Assembly: GCA_051362555.1 (NCBI GenBank)
Contig: CM120640.1
Span: 8,370,001 to 8,434,000 of the forward strand
DNA length: 64,000 nt
Source: Lingula anatina
Lineage: Eukaryota > Animalia > Brachiopoda
Direction of reading: 5' to 3'
Below, one piece after another: positions 1-14,253 of the stretch. Numbering within the stretch: the stretch's first letter is position 1; every line of letters starts with the position of its first letter. The notes under the pieces were generated by a model. That model was given only the letters and a program-made list of their open reading frames with translations, was not told the origin of the DNA and made no database searches. The translations under genes and the position numbers were made by a program.

Positions 1-2042
1 AACAAATACATTTCAATACTGCAGTTTTCCCGAATATTGACTGAAAGAATTGGAGCAGAATGAGTTGGCCATGGTTTTTCCAATGTTTTCATACTTTCAT
101 AAGTTATCTGCCCAACATTGCTCCAGAGAACTGTCTTTTTGATGAAACGTATTGGTGAAAAATTTACAAAAAAAACAAAAAAAAAACAAAAAAAAAAAAA
201 ACAAATGACCTTGATATGATATTCATATAATTGTGATCTACCACCCTTATTCAGTAGCAACTTGAACTCGGTTTCCATTACAGCAAATATTGATAAAGCT
301 AACTGAAAAAATCCAATATTTCAGGGCCCTTGAGCTCTTTTTGTTCTTTTAATCATTCCTGCTTTGAAATTGTTGCTGGTTCAGAGATCTCCAACACGAA
401 AAAGCTCAGCCCAATTTTTTTTTCACTTCAAAATCCATGGCAGTGTCCTCTTTTGATGGCAACTTGATCTGAAGTTGGATGGACTTGAATGTTGCTCTGA
501 TGATTGGGGGCCTGATGACATTTTACTTTCTGAATGATTTTTCCTCTCTATAAAATACCATGGTAGTCCCTGGTGTCTACATGAAGATACTCAGCAGACA
601 ATATGCCATACCCTGGTTTCAGATAATCTACTTGGTCATGGAAAGCTGGGAGATATATCACAAATCAAGGTATAATCAAAATGGAGAAAAAAAAAACATA
701 GGCCAAATGCAGGGTTAATTTTCCTACTTTTTAGATTTTGAAATTTGCCAAAAAATTGGATTTATTGTTTGTTCTGCTGTTAACAGATCTAGAAGAATAA
801 TAGCTGAAAACAGGTCTGTAGGTGCACCTGTCCTGAGAAAAACAACGATATATTGCTGTTGTAACTAAATGTTCTCAATGTTTCGATTCCTGTTTGATAA
901 ACTAGATAGATACACTGATCCAACTTAAACCAACCAATGAAAGGTTTACAGGTGAAACCCTTCATGAATTAATGAACCTTCATAAATGAAATCTGAAAAA
1001 TGCATTGTATAGGTGACACTCTGTCACAAACTTTTGATGCTTAAAAAATACTTTCTCTCATTTTTTGGGAATTCACCATTCTCTTACCTTGGTAAATAGC
1101 TGAGAGTTATTTTTTTCTGAAAAAGTGTATCTAGTATAGCACCTATAGACAAATTTTAATTCAGTGCAAAGCTTTTCCAGCCAAAAGGAAAGTCAAAGTG
1201 ACCCCCCTTCTTGCTTTCTGGCCTGGTCTGCCTTGACAAGTTGTTAATAAATGCCATTTGAAATATATCTTCATGTTAAATGTCCATGTTATATTCTTTA
1301 TGATACTCAATAAGTCATTATGATGACTGAAAAAATGACAGACCGGGTCAACAAATTTGTCAACTCCAATTCAGCAGACTAGATGTCCCCTGATAGCAGA
1401 CTAATGAGGAAGAATAATACACATCAGAACATGTGACATGGCAAGTTTGGCTTACAAACAAGTGCCATGGTATTTACATGGCGTCAACTCCTGATATAAG
1501 GTCCACATTCAGATGTGGATGACTGATGTCCACAAACAGGGGAAACCATGAAGAAAATTACACATATTTCATATTAATTTTCATTGTATTTTTCTACATT
1601 TTGTCGAAAAAAAAAATTTGTACTTAAAATTCATGTGGTTAAATAAGCTCAAATATCTTTACTTTTGTTTGGTTTTTGGCTAGTATTATTTTAAAAAATT
1701 GCAAACTCGTTTAAATAATGCAAATATGTTAATTTTACATAATGGGGTAATTTTTCTTTTGAAAATTGTCTTAAAGGTAATGACCTTGGCACTTGCGAAC
1801 TTAGCCAAATTAGTCTTTTTTATATAACCAAATTTATGAAATCTAATTTATTTAATGCAAAGAGAGTAATTTGAATCTACACCTAGAATTTTTAAAGAAG
1901 TATTTTCATCACCTAATTTGACCCTGCAAAACATGAAGTGGCATTACAGGTGGTAATACTACAAAGTATGTCTTGATGTTTTGATATCTCAAGTATTCCT
2001 AGTATTCACACATTCAACAACTATTTCAAAGGCAGGGATTAC

Positions 2043-2191
2043 CTGAAGCTGAACCGACTGTAGCTACTAAGACAAGATGCTCTGACTGTCCTAGGCAGTG
2101 ACTGTGACCCTCTGATGCAAGAAGTCCCTGCACTCCTAGGAAGTGACTGTGAACCTCGGTAAGTTCCACGACAAAGTTGACACGGAGGCAT
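2043..2191 (-). CDS. PDE4: PDE4 candidate alternative first coding exon with an internal duplication
   Basis: MPPCQLCRGTYRGSQSLPRSAGTSCIRGSQSLPRTVRASCLSSYSRFSF + AG|gtaatc, phase 2. In-frame stop upstream of the ATG. GC-rich. Confidence 0.6.
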
Positions 2192-2544
2192 TGGTCTGGC
2201 TCCAATGAATGCTAGACAGACTATGAGCTACGAGTGTCGAGGATTTGACTTTTACATATCTACAGCAGTTGATTTTTCACAAACAAGAAAAAAGTGAGAC
2301 TGGCTTAATCTAATTTAGAAAGACTTCAAATATTGACGGCAGTTCCTGAAATAAATAGGATGATTCTTTTCCTCCAAACAACACATCACTTACTCAGCCT
2401 ATGGAACAAAAAACTAAAAATCATTAGAAACGTGGTTAAGAAACCATATTTCAACATCGAGATCTAATTTTGTCCATTATCTAGGCCCAGCCATATTGAA
2501 CGCTGACAACTTTGCCAGAAATGAAAAAAAGAGGAAAAAATTAC

Positions 2545-2633
2545 CTGATGTGCCAGAAAGAATGGTCATTCTCTGAAAATTTAAAATGGGTCCTTTTTTC
2601 AGCCATCAAGCTAGCCTCCGGGATGCAGGTCAT
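2545..2633 (-). CDS. PDE4: PDE4 candidate alternative first coding exon
   Basis: MTCIPEASLMAEKRTHFKFSENDHSFWHI + AG|gtaatt, phase 2. Confidence 0.45.
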
Positions 2634-3750
2634 TATTGAGCAATCTGACTTGCAATTCTTGAAAAGCAACCAATGAAAATTTATTCATTTTCACATCTCT
2701 GGTTTAGTGAAAGTATTGATCTGGGAGCCAGCAGCTATGGAGCACAAATAGATGGATAATTTAATGATCAGACTTGCTTAAATTTCTGATCAAATACTGG
2801 CCTTGATAAAATGCATCAAATTCAAGCGATCAATCCATTGGTGAAAAGCACAGATAATATGTGCAGCATAAAATTGAATCTCCAAGTTCTCTCACAGCTC
2901 TTCAAACAACCAGAATTCTGGTAAATGACACTGAAAAGAATCACTGATGCAGTTGCAAACTATCAATATGTCTATCCAAGCACAGAAACCCAATTATGCC
3001 GAAGCTGAAGCAAATTCAGAATTTTGAATGCCAAGGTACTCCCTCTAGAATTGAAATACTTTATTTTCATGGAAAGATCCTCAACCAGGAAATGTTACTG
3101 ATGGTAGACTGCACAAGGTATTAGTAAACAATCCACATAAAGCTTCTACTGTATATCTTCATGTTTCATCATGTGTGCAAAGTGGACATCTACATTCTCC
3201 CTAACATCATTGCATGATAAACTGAAAGCATTTTGGTCACAAATACTGTACTTATGCAGTCTCACACCTTGTGAAATGAATTTTAGAACTTTGTTTTATG
3301 TATGCAGGAACCAAGACCATGTCTTTGGAGAGCATTCTATCTCTTAAATTTAACTTTTTTTTGTTTTTGAGACAAAGACAGAAAATAGTTTAGACTTCAA
3401 GCCAGTGTGAATATATGCAGATAGTGGTTAATTTTCTTGAAGTATGTAAAACATTAATTCAAAGAGAAATACACAAAATTCTGAACGTCATGTTAGATGT
3501 AGGATGACTTTCCATCAAAATTCCATCAAAAAAGGCTATTAATTAATGACTAGGGTCTTAATTTATGAAATCCTTTCATACATAAAGAGCAACCTTTTCA
3601 AAATTAATCAAAAATTCAATTCAGTTACCTTTTACCTCTTAAAAGACATCTGGTTTGCTCATAGAACATGTAACAGAAGTTAGGTTTGAAGCTGAGATGA
3701 ATGTTGAGAAATATTTATTTAATATAAAAAAACTCAGTACTTTAGACTTA

Positions 3751-3965
3751 GACCCCATTCCCACAGATTTTAGATCGATCTATCCCTGTGGGGAGTCTCA
3801 CTAGATTACTGTCAGCTTAGCTGGCTTAAATGTCTGTCCTGCCTACTAAAAGCTGTAAGGGGGTAATTAACTACTGTGTGCACTCGGCTGACTGCTATTT
3901 AGTGTGAACCCCCAGGGAGTTAGGTCGATCCGAATGGATTGATCTAAATCTCCAGGAATGCACTC
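3751..3965 (+). mobile_element. MITE family A, copy 1 (PIF/Harbinger-like)
   Basis: Terminal inverted repeats (cattcccacagattttagatcgatc ... attgatctaaatctccaggaatg), flanked by TTA/TAA. Alignable to 19298-19512 in the opposite orientation. Confidence 0.8.
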
Positions 3966-4611
3966 TAAGTAAAGAATTTCATTAGCCATGTTATACACTA
4001 AGGTGGTGTTGCCCTATACCGTTTTCTCTTAGAACAATGCTCCCCACAAAATGATAATCTCCAAGAATAGAGATTCCCTGGATAAATTATCATTCCATAT
4101 AAAAGAGGGTAGACAGTTATTTTCTAGCATCATTAATAACAACAACAAAAACAATACACACATACAGTTTTTTTTACTTACATGAACAAAAGGATTGTGG
4201 TAGATGTACTCCATAATTTTGTATCATTAAAACAATGTATCTGGATGTGCTCCAACTTCACTAACACATTCTCCCTATCCCTATTACAGTTGGTAAATTG
4301 ACAAGTCTTTTAAAAAAATATATATATAATGGCTTAATAAATTTCACCATCAATATGCAAAAAATGTATAATGATCTTCTAGGATGGTTAATATCTCGTC
4401 TTTTTTTTTAATATATAAAACAATGAAATGGTGTGACCTGTAAGTTCCATCATGACAATAACATCAATGTTTTCAAGCCAATTAGATTAGCATGATCAAC
4501 ACATCATGAGTTTTTGATTCTAGCACAGAAAACAACAGCAACAGCAAATACTCAATGACTTAATCAACAGATTATAAAGCTATGGGTGATGGCACAGTTC
4601 CCAACTAGAGA

Positions 4612-4820
4612 AGAGAGTGCAGACCTCTGCCAACGCAGCTCAATTCTCATTAATATAAATTAATTAAGAAATGGATCACCACCAAAATCTTATTAATTCT
4701 GAGTTGGCACCTTTTTTATCTTTCCTGAAATGTTATCAGAATATGTCTCTTACTCTTGGGTTAAGGGTATTAATCAACAAACCAACAAAGGCATAGACAT
4801 AACCTCCTTGGTTGAGGTAA
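4612..4820 (-). mobile_element. Helentron/DINE-like element copy
   Basis: agagtgcagacctctgccaa...ggatcaccaccaaaatctta...aacaaaccaacaaaggc...ataacctccttgg..gaggtaa; reverse homolog of 45762-46038. Confidence 0.65.
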
Positions 4821-5330
4821 AAAAAAACTTATTTATAAATCATGTAACACTTGGTCTGGGATATGTACTTTGCAATTCTGTATAATAACTGCACTTTTTC
4901 ATTCCTATCAGAAATAAAATCCATGAATGCAGAAATACTTTAAGATGACATGATACAGGGCCTAATCTGAATACATAAAATGGAAAAATGCCAGAATATA
5001 CTGAACTACAAAAGGAATTGAGCTAGATTAAAAGAATGCTAAAATAATTGTCCACCTAATTATCATAAGTTACTAAATGTGAATAAAAGTATCAATTAAT
5101 AAGGTTTGTATTCTTATGAATATAGGAAACATAAGTAAAAATAATCCCACACATTGTTTTCTGACATTCAGTAATTGTCATGTGTATGTGACTTTCAGCA
5201 TGGAAAAGTATAAAATATGAGCATGTTCTGCAATGTTGTCGTCTGATTTCAGGACTTTGAAACCAGAAAAGTTTTTCACGGGGCTTCTCTTAAATAAAAA
5301 AATATCATTTGGACCTTTTTGTTATGTGAC

Positions 5331-5338
5331 TGACGTCA
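5331..5338. promoter_or_regulatory. Full palindromic CRE (TGACGTCA)
   Basis: Exact TGACGTCA, upstream (minus sense) of the 2043 and 2545 exons. Function is inferred. Confidence 0.5.
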
Positions 5339-8300
5339 ATGAAATGATCACAGAGGCAGACACCCTGTTTACTACATCTAGATAATTACTTTATACATAT
5401 CATTTACACAAGTCTGTAAAATATATAGTCTGGTCTAAACAAACTTGAAGTTTTCCAAGCTATAACAGGTAGGCATTATTTACACTATAACGAGTCCTTG
5501 AAGCATTTACGAAAATAAATATACTTCATGAACACATATTAATTTCAAAACTATGTGCAAAATGGACAGAAAACAACAAGATAATGGATTTTACAAACAA
5601 AACTAACTTCTATTCAAATGCTGTCCTTTGATGTCAGACTAGCACTTTGCAACAGATTTGATTTCCTAGTCTACCTTTTTAATAACTTCTACATAATGCA
5701 ATTCCAGGGTATTTGTGCACTCTAAAGTCACAACTAAAGAATGTGGAAAAAATCTACATCATGGCAGTCTTCAAAGTCTTGTAGACACAATGTTAAAATG
5801 ATATGATTATTAATGGCAATAAAAGAATTAAGAGTATCCTTGGTGAAACATATATGCTGGAGAGTCAATTTCAAAGCTTTTCGCTCAGACAGTTTTGAGT
5901 CATATCTGCCATTTTCTTTGTGTCCTTTATTTACAAAACATGTGGCTATCTCAGTGATTTAATAACTGCACATTTTAAAATTTCCTCTACAGAAAACATT
6001 CAATTTAATTATTCAGCACATTGAATTGAACCATGTTTGGTATTGATGGCAAAGCTCTTCAATGATTGATAACATATGGTTACTATTGTGGCAGTGCACG
6101 GATAAATGTAATGCAGCTGTATTAAACTATACTCATTATACATATATCATGTACAACACAAAACTTGAAGATGGTTGAATGCAGAAAATGCCGCAGCTTA
6201 CTGTTGTTGCCAAGTTTGTTTTTGACTAAATAAAGATAAATAGCATATTAGCAGCAGAAAGGTAGAGGAGAAGAAAAAGTAACTAATTACGAGAAAAAAC
6301 AGGAAGGAAACTTTTAACCTTTCACCACTTCTGAGTAAAGATACCATGGTTGCATTACAATAAATGAAAACAAATAATAAAAAAGAATGAAAGTTGACGA
6401 AAACATAGACTAACTATTTCAGCATAAATATTTTAATAACCAGAAACAGTGTCTGTCCATAAAAAAACTGTAGATTTAACAACTGCACTTGTATTTAAAC
6501 CCTGCATACATGTATGACATCAATAAGTTTAAAGACCCAACTCCTTCAGTTATGGCCCCTGCTCCAGCGGCACAGACAGATGTAGGCAATGGCAGGGATA
6601 CACCCCTTTACATCACCAAGCTGTTACTTCCCTGAACCATTACTAACTGGAATTGCTACTCCCCTATAATACAGAATCTGTCAAGTAAAAACGCAACATA
6701 CAAAACATAATTCTCCATTACAAAAACCTTACTATAAATCTTTTTCTATAAATATGCCTTCCTGGACCTAAAAGTAACAAATAATTTAAACTGAATTCAG
6801 AAACGGATAAGTGGGAGCAACAGTGCAAGGGCATATCTATGTGGGTAAATCACAATTTTGCTATGGAGGATAATGATGTGGGCAAGTAACAATGTGGGGG
6901 AGGGGGGGGGGGGGCAAAATGAGATATCCCTTACTACTGACTTTGTACAAAATAAGGGAAAACACCTTTTATACCTAAAGTCTTTCCAAAACACATGCCA
7001 TTTTAAAATAATTTTCTACTATTGGTAAATAAATCTGGAAAAGTGTAGCAAAGGCATTTAACATATATCTTTAACTAAATGTCAATATTTATATTTCACT
7101 TTTTATCAAAAATTTCACTTTTACTTTCTTCAGTCCACCTACACAAAAGAAGTAAAATACCACGATATCCAAAGCTACATTCTCCATTTTTTGTCAGAGG
7201 TGTGAACTGACAATTAATCTCTATTTTATGATGGAAAACCAGAAACCAGCATAAAAGAACTATCATGACAAAGGTGTGTCAATGAATATTTGATCTGCAG
7301 CAGCTTAGTTTCTGACAATCAAGTGACAGCTTCTCAAGCTCAGCAGTAGCGGAAGAGCACGGCATCCTGGTGTAGGGTAGAGCTTGTTTAATTCATTCAA
7401 TTTCCAAGATGATTACTAACCCCAGATAACACTACCTGCCTACATGCAAGCTGCACTCACCTATTTGTTCTTTATCCTAGGTGTTACAATTTAGAATAAA
7501 ATATTGAAAAAAAAAATATAACACTTTGGCAAAGACACAGATTCAAAAATACATAATCTTGAAATTCAAAAACTGGTTTAAAAAATTCAATTTTATAATG
7601 GTTCAAACATGGTTTATCTAAATTGGTGATTAAGAGGAAAGTGTTGAAATGGGGAATTTTTTCTTATAGAAAGGTCTTATGTGTATTGTATGCTCTAAAT
7701 ACTAAACTAATATGGGGAAAGAAGAAGCAATAATTCGAATACCTTTTCCTTTTAAGTTACATGTCCTCCAATTAAAAATATCAAGGGTCTCATTACTATA
7801 AATTTTCCAACACACACACGGCCAGAATCACTCAAACTCTAGTAAAACTAAACCAAGTTGGTGACCTCTCCAGGGTAACATCATCATTCAGAGGGTGGCT
7901 CTGCTCAAATGAACTTTGATAAAAGAACCCAACAGACTTCAAAACCAGGACACCTGTATTCTTAATTCCTTTTTATTGCATTTGTTCCATTAACAGCTTT
8001 AAAGTTTACTCATCAGATGAACCAAAACGAGCCCAGCAAATGGTCCAATATTTGCACTGCCAATGGGCACACATAGATTTTGTACCTATGTTATTCTCTA
8101 TATTAGGGTGAATATTTCATTTTTATGCACTACAGGTAATACACTGATGGTACACATTTGCAGGTGTTTACTGCTGGAGTACGGGTGCAATAAAACATCT
8201 AGAACTTGTCATTCTGCCCATGTTTAAACAATTAAAGCTACTGCTATTTGACATGTTCATTACAACATCTAAGCACTTATACTCAGTTTAAATAAACATT

Positions 8301-11300
8301 TGTAAACCAAAAAATTAATTTTTGGAATCTTCCTTGAAATAACATCTCTTTCATTTTCCTTGAGTGCATCTCAGCTTGGTGTTTGTTCTACATTTTCAAT
8401 ACAACTTTCACGTTGCTGAAAAAATTTGCAGGAATGTGCAAGATGTTTACATGGATTGCACTAGTTTTCTGCTTTAGCAGATTGATGAAAAAGTCAATAT
8501 TTCCAGTGAAAGAAGAAGGGAACACACTGGAAAGTTAGTCTAAAAGGGCAAGTGAAATTCATTAAGTGCTCTCGGCTTTACTTGTGTGAATGATGTTTTG
8601 ACTGTATGCTGCTTAAGCAATAGTCATGCCCCTCTTTTTTTCAAGTTAAAGGTGCACTTCATATAGCACTCAAACAAAAAGTGGACTCCAATTGTCTTTT
8701 AATTAAGAATATGCACATTACAGAACTGCATGTATCACAACAGAATTCAATCACCTCATTGCAAACGAGCTATCCAGTATATGTAAACTAATACAACACG
8801 ACCAAAGACAAAGCAAAAAGATAATTTTATTGGATGGTATAGATTGTGCATGGCTGAATGCTAAATCTGTAATCAAATAGACTTGGGCAAAATTGATTTC
8901 AATATTTTCTTTTGCTTCTGCCTATTTCCAATTTTCTTATCAAAATTCCATACTATGTTTTGCTTGAGTTATTTTCCTCTGCTGCACAATATGGGTCTAC
9001 AATCTAAGCAGCATTGCTTTCCATAGATGTAACACTGAAGATAAGAAAATTAATATATCTGAGTCCCATTTGTCCTGCCTGTTTAATATCAGTCTTTGTT
9101 GTTTTGCATACAAAGATGAATAAATAATCAAATTATTAATCAAAGGTTAGGCTCCAAAGATACATATTATGAATGATATTGGTTATTTCCATATATTTGC
9201 CACAAAAAACAATTTAAAAAAGTTCTGTGACACTGAGAAGCTACAGTTGACTAACCCAATAAGTTGTAAAGACAGTTGACTAACCCTTCCAAGTTCTTCA
9301 ATCTGTTCTTCAGCCAGTCATATCAAATGTATTATGTAGAATGTTTTATAACAATAATTCAATGCTTACGTGTACAAATCTTTGGGAGCATATAGTTTTC
9401 CCCTTGTCTCATAAAGTAATACATTTATAAGATCTTAGTTCTGAACTTTGGATCTATCAATAGCAAAGAAACATAATTGCTCCATTTTTTTAAAAATAAA
9501 AATGAAACTGACAACTGAGAGATATGCCAACATGTATATTCAAGAATTATTGAGCTGTGAACTAATATAAATGTTTGCAAATTACATGATTTGTGGACAA
9601 GACATAATCTTGCCACAAGCAAAACATCATTCCTATAGAAACTTAAGAAAAGGATTAAATATCTTCCTTTATTATCAACTGCAGTGAACTGTGCCTAATA
9701 AAGATCGATGCCAATTGGGGACATGGCCACGTCAAGACTTACATAAATCTATATTTTTTACAGTCATTAGCAAGAACAGATAAGCCAACATAGGAGATGG
9801 TGCTGTATCACTGTTAGAACTCCTTGAACTGTTATGAGGAGCAAACCACCAACCAAGATCTGTATGATGGATGAAAGAGGTTCTTTCAGATAACCTTTAG
9901 CGAGAATACTCCATAGCTGCAATATGTCTTCTGGTCCCTTTAGTACATAGTTCAGACCAGCAGGCCCAGTTTGCCTCCACAGTTTCAGATATTTTAAGAT
10001 CCGCTTCAGAGGCATATCATATATTTTGGGGGTTGTGATTAGATTTGGATAAAAATTTGAACATTTGGTCACAACTACTGCTTTGGCAAATGGCAAGACC
10101 ATGAACTTTGTATCCATAACTGGTATAAAATATGTCATATTGAGCTGCATTTAGCTAGAGATAAATAAACTACAATAGTGCAGCAATGCAGAATATTCAA
10201 TACATAGGGGTGGACATACTTTATTTGAACATTTAAGTCAAGAGCATGTTCCAAAATGATCTTCTGCAGAGTAAGATTGTGGACAAATAATATCATTTAA
10301 ATGCAACACACACATTTGACAGTGAATAAAATCAGGTGTGACAAGTTGTTTTTAATGATTATTTTCTGCCTCTATATATGTATGGGCCTTAAAAGCCATT
10401 GTTGAAAAGAATCAACACAAAACATACAGTATAAAGACATTCAATAGTCAGGCAAACATTTTTCTCTTCAGTCGGTCACCCAAGCTAATAAAAGCCAATG
10501 CAATGATATCAAATACCAGTGTTGAGCGTGATCAATTTTTTTTTGTGGAACATGTTTTTCATATTTAATCAACTTCAGTTCTTCACATACTTTACACCTA
10601 CCTTTCCCAAAATGAAGACCTTTGTTTGGGTATACGGAGAGCACTTGTGCTCATCACACGATGCATGTTACACGTGCCTCCATCTTTTCCATTCCTACTT
10701 GATTCCACAGTCAAGTGAGAGCATTTATTGTTTTGTAAGCCTTTTTTCATCATCATCACAGCCAATACTAGTAAATAGAAGTGAGAGATCCTGATATTCT
10801 GAGTTTTCCACTTAGTTTGCTTAAATTAATAGCCAGAATAATGGAATGACATAAGATTCCAACTCCACATGTCCTACAGCTCTGTCTCTATCTATGAGAA
10901 ACTCTGAAGCTCAAGGAATGATTCTTCCGTGATTAAGTACGAGAATCACCATGGTAACCACTAGCAGAGTTGGCTAATCCTGTAAATTCACCTAGTATGG
11001 TCGACATCCACACACGATTTGGCCAGTACTAGCACTAGTAGCACTGCCTATGAAATCCACAGTAATCATTCTGCTTGGCACATAACCTAGTGCACTGCTA
11101 TAAACTCCCGTTTAGAAAAACATTCCCATGGCTAATATTAAGCTAATTTTCATCAGATTAAAAACATCTTCTGTGTTGCAACTGTTCCAGAATCACGCCT
11201 GATAAATATGACCAGTGTGTTAAGACGGATAATCAACAGACAACAGATACTGTGTGTGACCTCCTTGATTCTGTAATTCAAAACACCCCAACACGCATGT

Positions 11301-14253
11301 GTACTGTACGTGCCTATGCTTACACACAGTACAGCATATCTGCTTGCCTGGTACCTCAGTTATGCAGACATCATCTCAAGGATTAGGCCTTCGCTTCTCA
11401 ACTTTCTCTGGCAGAGCTCAAATCCTGATCAATGTGTATTAAGATCTTACCACCTGGCTGGGAAGGAAGAGGGATGTTGCATGAAACCACTTCATTAAAA
11501 CGGGCTGCAATGTTGTTACGAAGACAACAGGTTGAGCTGACACAGGTAATACTTGGGTAAGGCAAGGAGATTGATTTCCTGCTTTGTGCTCCAGCTGTTG
11601 ACCCCCCCCCCTCCCCCTTTCTCCTATATATATAACCCAGTTTTTTATAGAAAAGGTCAACAAACAATCCACTGAGAAGCATTTCTACAGAAGCAAATTT
11701 GTAATAGAGATAAGGTAGATTTTACTTTAGCATAAACAAGTGTAATCTACCTGACAATGCTAAACATACAAATGCTTCTACCTTTATAGCTTTACATGTG
11801 CTAAACATATCTTGTACATGCTGTTACCACTCATTTTACACTGAAAATAATGAACACAAAGGCATGATTTACAAGTCTGGTGATTAGGTGGAAAAAGATA
11901 ACTAGTGATACAAAAAAAAGAAAGTAAAACAAGATATAGTAATGGTGTACAGCAGGGTAAGCACATTCATTAATAAACCATTGATTTTAACATTTATGAT
12001 GTCATGTAGATCTAATGTAATGAACTTTTGATAAGAATGAGGGTAAGATTCAAGTGCAAAACTATTACCGTCTTGGTTATCCATGGTCATACAGTGATGA
12101 TACTAGTCATTTTTATGGTAGCAAAGGATTTTTAAAGAAAAGTTTGGCCTTATATCCATATGATACTAAGTTTGTCCTACATGGTTAGAAAATCAATTTC
12201 CTTTGCTGGAGTTGTCTACGTCTTGCAAAGACTGAGACTTTCTTCCTGTCATTTTGACATCTATACATTACACATGACTTCAGTCTGGTCTTTGTTGATA
12301 ATTATTAATCTTTCCCTCTCAATTTAGTTCAGCAATCATCAGTTCTACCCTCAAATCTTTTATTTCTTTTCTTACACAAAGTAGCCATATTCCTAAGGCA
12401 TATTCATAAATCTTATTAATTAGTCCATTAAAGTTTAGATGAAGAAAAAAAAAGAAAAAAAGACCTCCAGCTGATCAGCTAAGGTTGAAAAGGCAATTTT
12501 TTTATAAGACTTGAGTTTAGATCAACCTTAATAAAATTGAGTGCTCTTTAAATTGCATTAACAATATGTTTTCTAGTAAATTTTAAATTTTTTTCTTTTT
12601 TAGCAGTATTTGTAGGCAAACTACAAACAAGGAAGTAATTCTTTACCCAACAGAAGACAAGCAGTGCTCATATTCACAATGGGCATACACTGGCTAAGAA
12701 TTCTATCAATTTTTAAAGAAATTTTGCAAATGTGATAATATACAGACAGTGTAATTTAAGTGTAATATTTTCATTGAGACTGGATCATCATAATTAACTC
12801 TTACGCCTTTTCCAAATTGAGCAGTATTTTACTTAAGTGATACAGTCTGTACTGATACACTTTGGTAGATTGACAACTCAGTAGCATGGCTTTTACATAA
12901 GAGAATCACCAAGTTCCACACCGAGCATAGCCAATTAACTTAAATAACAGCAGGGAATGCTCTTTTGGAGAACAGTGAAAGGGAGTACCCCCCCCCCCCC
13001 CCCCCTCTCAAGAGCACAATTACATGTTAGGACCTCTCAAAGTGCCTTGGTATAGACCTTATTGTGAATGCACTACTCAGTGTGAAAAGGACCCTAAAAT
13101 ACAATGAGAAGCATACTGGTTGACACTCAGTTCAATCTGATAACCACCATTGACTCAACTTGATCCACAATATTTACAAAAGTGAAGCCTGAAATTGATC
13201 TTTGTATTTTTTAATTAAAACGACAGTGACCTAATATTGGATAAAGAGTCTGTCAAATGGGAAAAATATTACTTGCACAGTTTATCCTCATAGCTAACTT
13301 GTAGATTGCTGAATGGAAAATGACTTATAAGTGGTATTTTATGAATGATAAGACTGCACTGTAGCTGACACAGCATTATTTACAACAGCATTAGAATATT
13401 TTTTCCTAACTGATTTATTTATTAATTCATTCATTCACTAATTCTATTATACAAAGCAACCTGTAAAAGGGCTGAGCCAAGCTTAAACCTGTGTCAGCCT
13501 AGTTACTGTCATAATTGATCTACAATTTACTGGCAAAGATCTGGTACATCCTCCATCCGCAGTAGCTGTATCTGTAATGTGGTCCCAGTGGACACTTCAG
13601 AATCCAATTACATTGTCTGATATATATATAATGCACTAAATGATATTGATTTTATTTTGTATATCTATCATAAAACACCTACATGGATAAAACAGCACAA
13701 ACAGCATATGATATGTGGTAGCCTGTCAAAGTTTGGAAACCAACTTATAATCAATGGTATAATTGGTTCTCTTACGTGACTATATTAAGACTTGCCAGAA
13801 TTTCATGAAACAATATTGAAACACATCTCCCTTGGCACATCTAGATAAAATAATTAGTTTTTTCCTCTCCTCGTCGCACTAGCTGTTACCACTCATCAAT
13901 CACTTTGTAGAAATTTACATGAATGATATACAAGCAGATTGGATGCAACATCTGCTAATATTACTGAATTTCAACCTAATTCATCAAAAAAAAAAAAAAA
14001 ATTAATATAATACTATACCACCCATCATTTTTTATATAAAAAATCTCCAATAAAAAAAGAGATTTTTTTAAACAAATACCCATAATTTGTTTTATATACT
14101 AAATTAACAAATATATCTTAAAGATATTTTTAGATAAAAAATTTGGAATCAGAATAATTTGAAATATAATAGAATCTGCTAAATAAAATGTCTACAGGCT
14201 GTTATCACAACAAGATCAAAATTTCCTCATTAACCTGACAAACAAACACTTAC

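Noticed and set aside
1088-1116. 29-nt segment with good acceptor and donor (tttttcag|...AAG|gtaaga)
   Set aside because: It contains TAA in the required phase-2 frame and does not preserve frame.
3629-3669. Very short ATG-to-phase-2 donors (MFYEQTRCLLRGK; similar cases near 15300, 17883 and 59624)
   Set aside because: Weak donors and lengths expected by chance.
7461-7476. 16-nt segment ending AG|gtgagt
   Set aside because: It gives a TAG stop when entered in phase 2, and no compatible partner exon was identified.
9243-9286. Twice-repeated acagttgactaaccc with a short spacer
   Set aside because: Only two units in eukaryotic intron DNA; a simple tandem duplication and not a CRISPR array.
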